NCBI GenBank assembly: GCA_965233585.1 | Contig: CBDDTI010000242.1 | Coordinates: 1 to 20,085, forward strand | From: a bacterium | GTDB taxonomy: Bacteria; SAR324; NAC60-12 | DNA length: 20,085 bases | Direction: 5' to 3' | In this document: positions 20,085 to 20,085 of the stretch, piece by piece | How the letters are laid out: each line of letters starts with the position of its first letter | Numbering within the stretch: the stretch's first letter is position 1 | Position numbers and translations under genes: made by a program | Notes under the pieces: generated by a model | What the model saw: only the letters and a program-made list of their open reading frames with translations | Told to the model about the DNA's origin: nothing | Database searches by the model: none

Positions 20085-20085
20085 C

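Larger units (their letters stand above)
18372..20085 (-). mobile_element. 3' end of a DIRS-type (tyrosine-recombinase class) retroelement with split direct repeats
   Basis: A DIRS1-type RNase H ORF is followed at once by repeat B1, a 503-bp spacer and repeat B2. It abuts and truncates the copia ORF. Confidence 0.8.

Overview
Eukaryotic, repeat-rich DNA that falls into two halves that look like different genomes. Bases 1 to ~11,860 read as animal, probably stony-coral, DNA. They hold a diverged local duplication carrying a GT-AG exon, a complete 1,831-bp non-autonomous P-superfamily transposon (28-bp perfect TIRs, 7-bp TSD, empty site visible in the paralog), nested palindromic repeats, and a 2.6-kb one-ended Polinton/Maverick (adintovirus-like) relic. 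The relic has an AGTAGT terminus, a motif-packed terminal region, a tRNA-Met(CAT) plus an opposite-strand half tRNA, a parvovirus-type PLA2 pseudogene and three further decayed ORFs. Bases ~11,860 to 20,085 read as Symbiodiniaceae (Cladocopium-like) dinoflagellate DNA. They hold three short exons of an EamA/SLC35G-like transporter with GC donors, characteristic dispersed repeats, a decayed Ty1/copia pol with a long membrane-anchored extension, and the 3' end of a young DIRS-type retroelement with split direct repeats abutting the copia. The host/symbiont junction is most likely a read or assembly chimera but should be tested. Most ORFs in the supplied track are spurious. Taxonomic and family calls rest on my recognition of motifs; no database searches were run.
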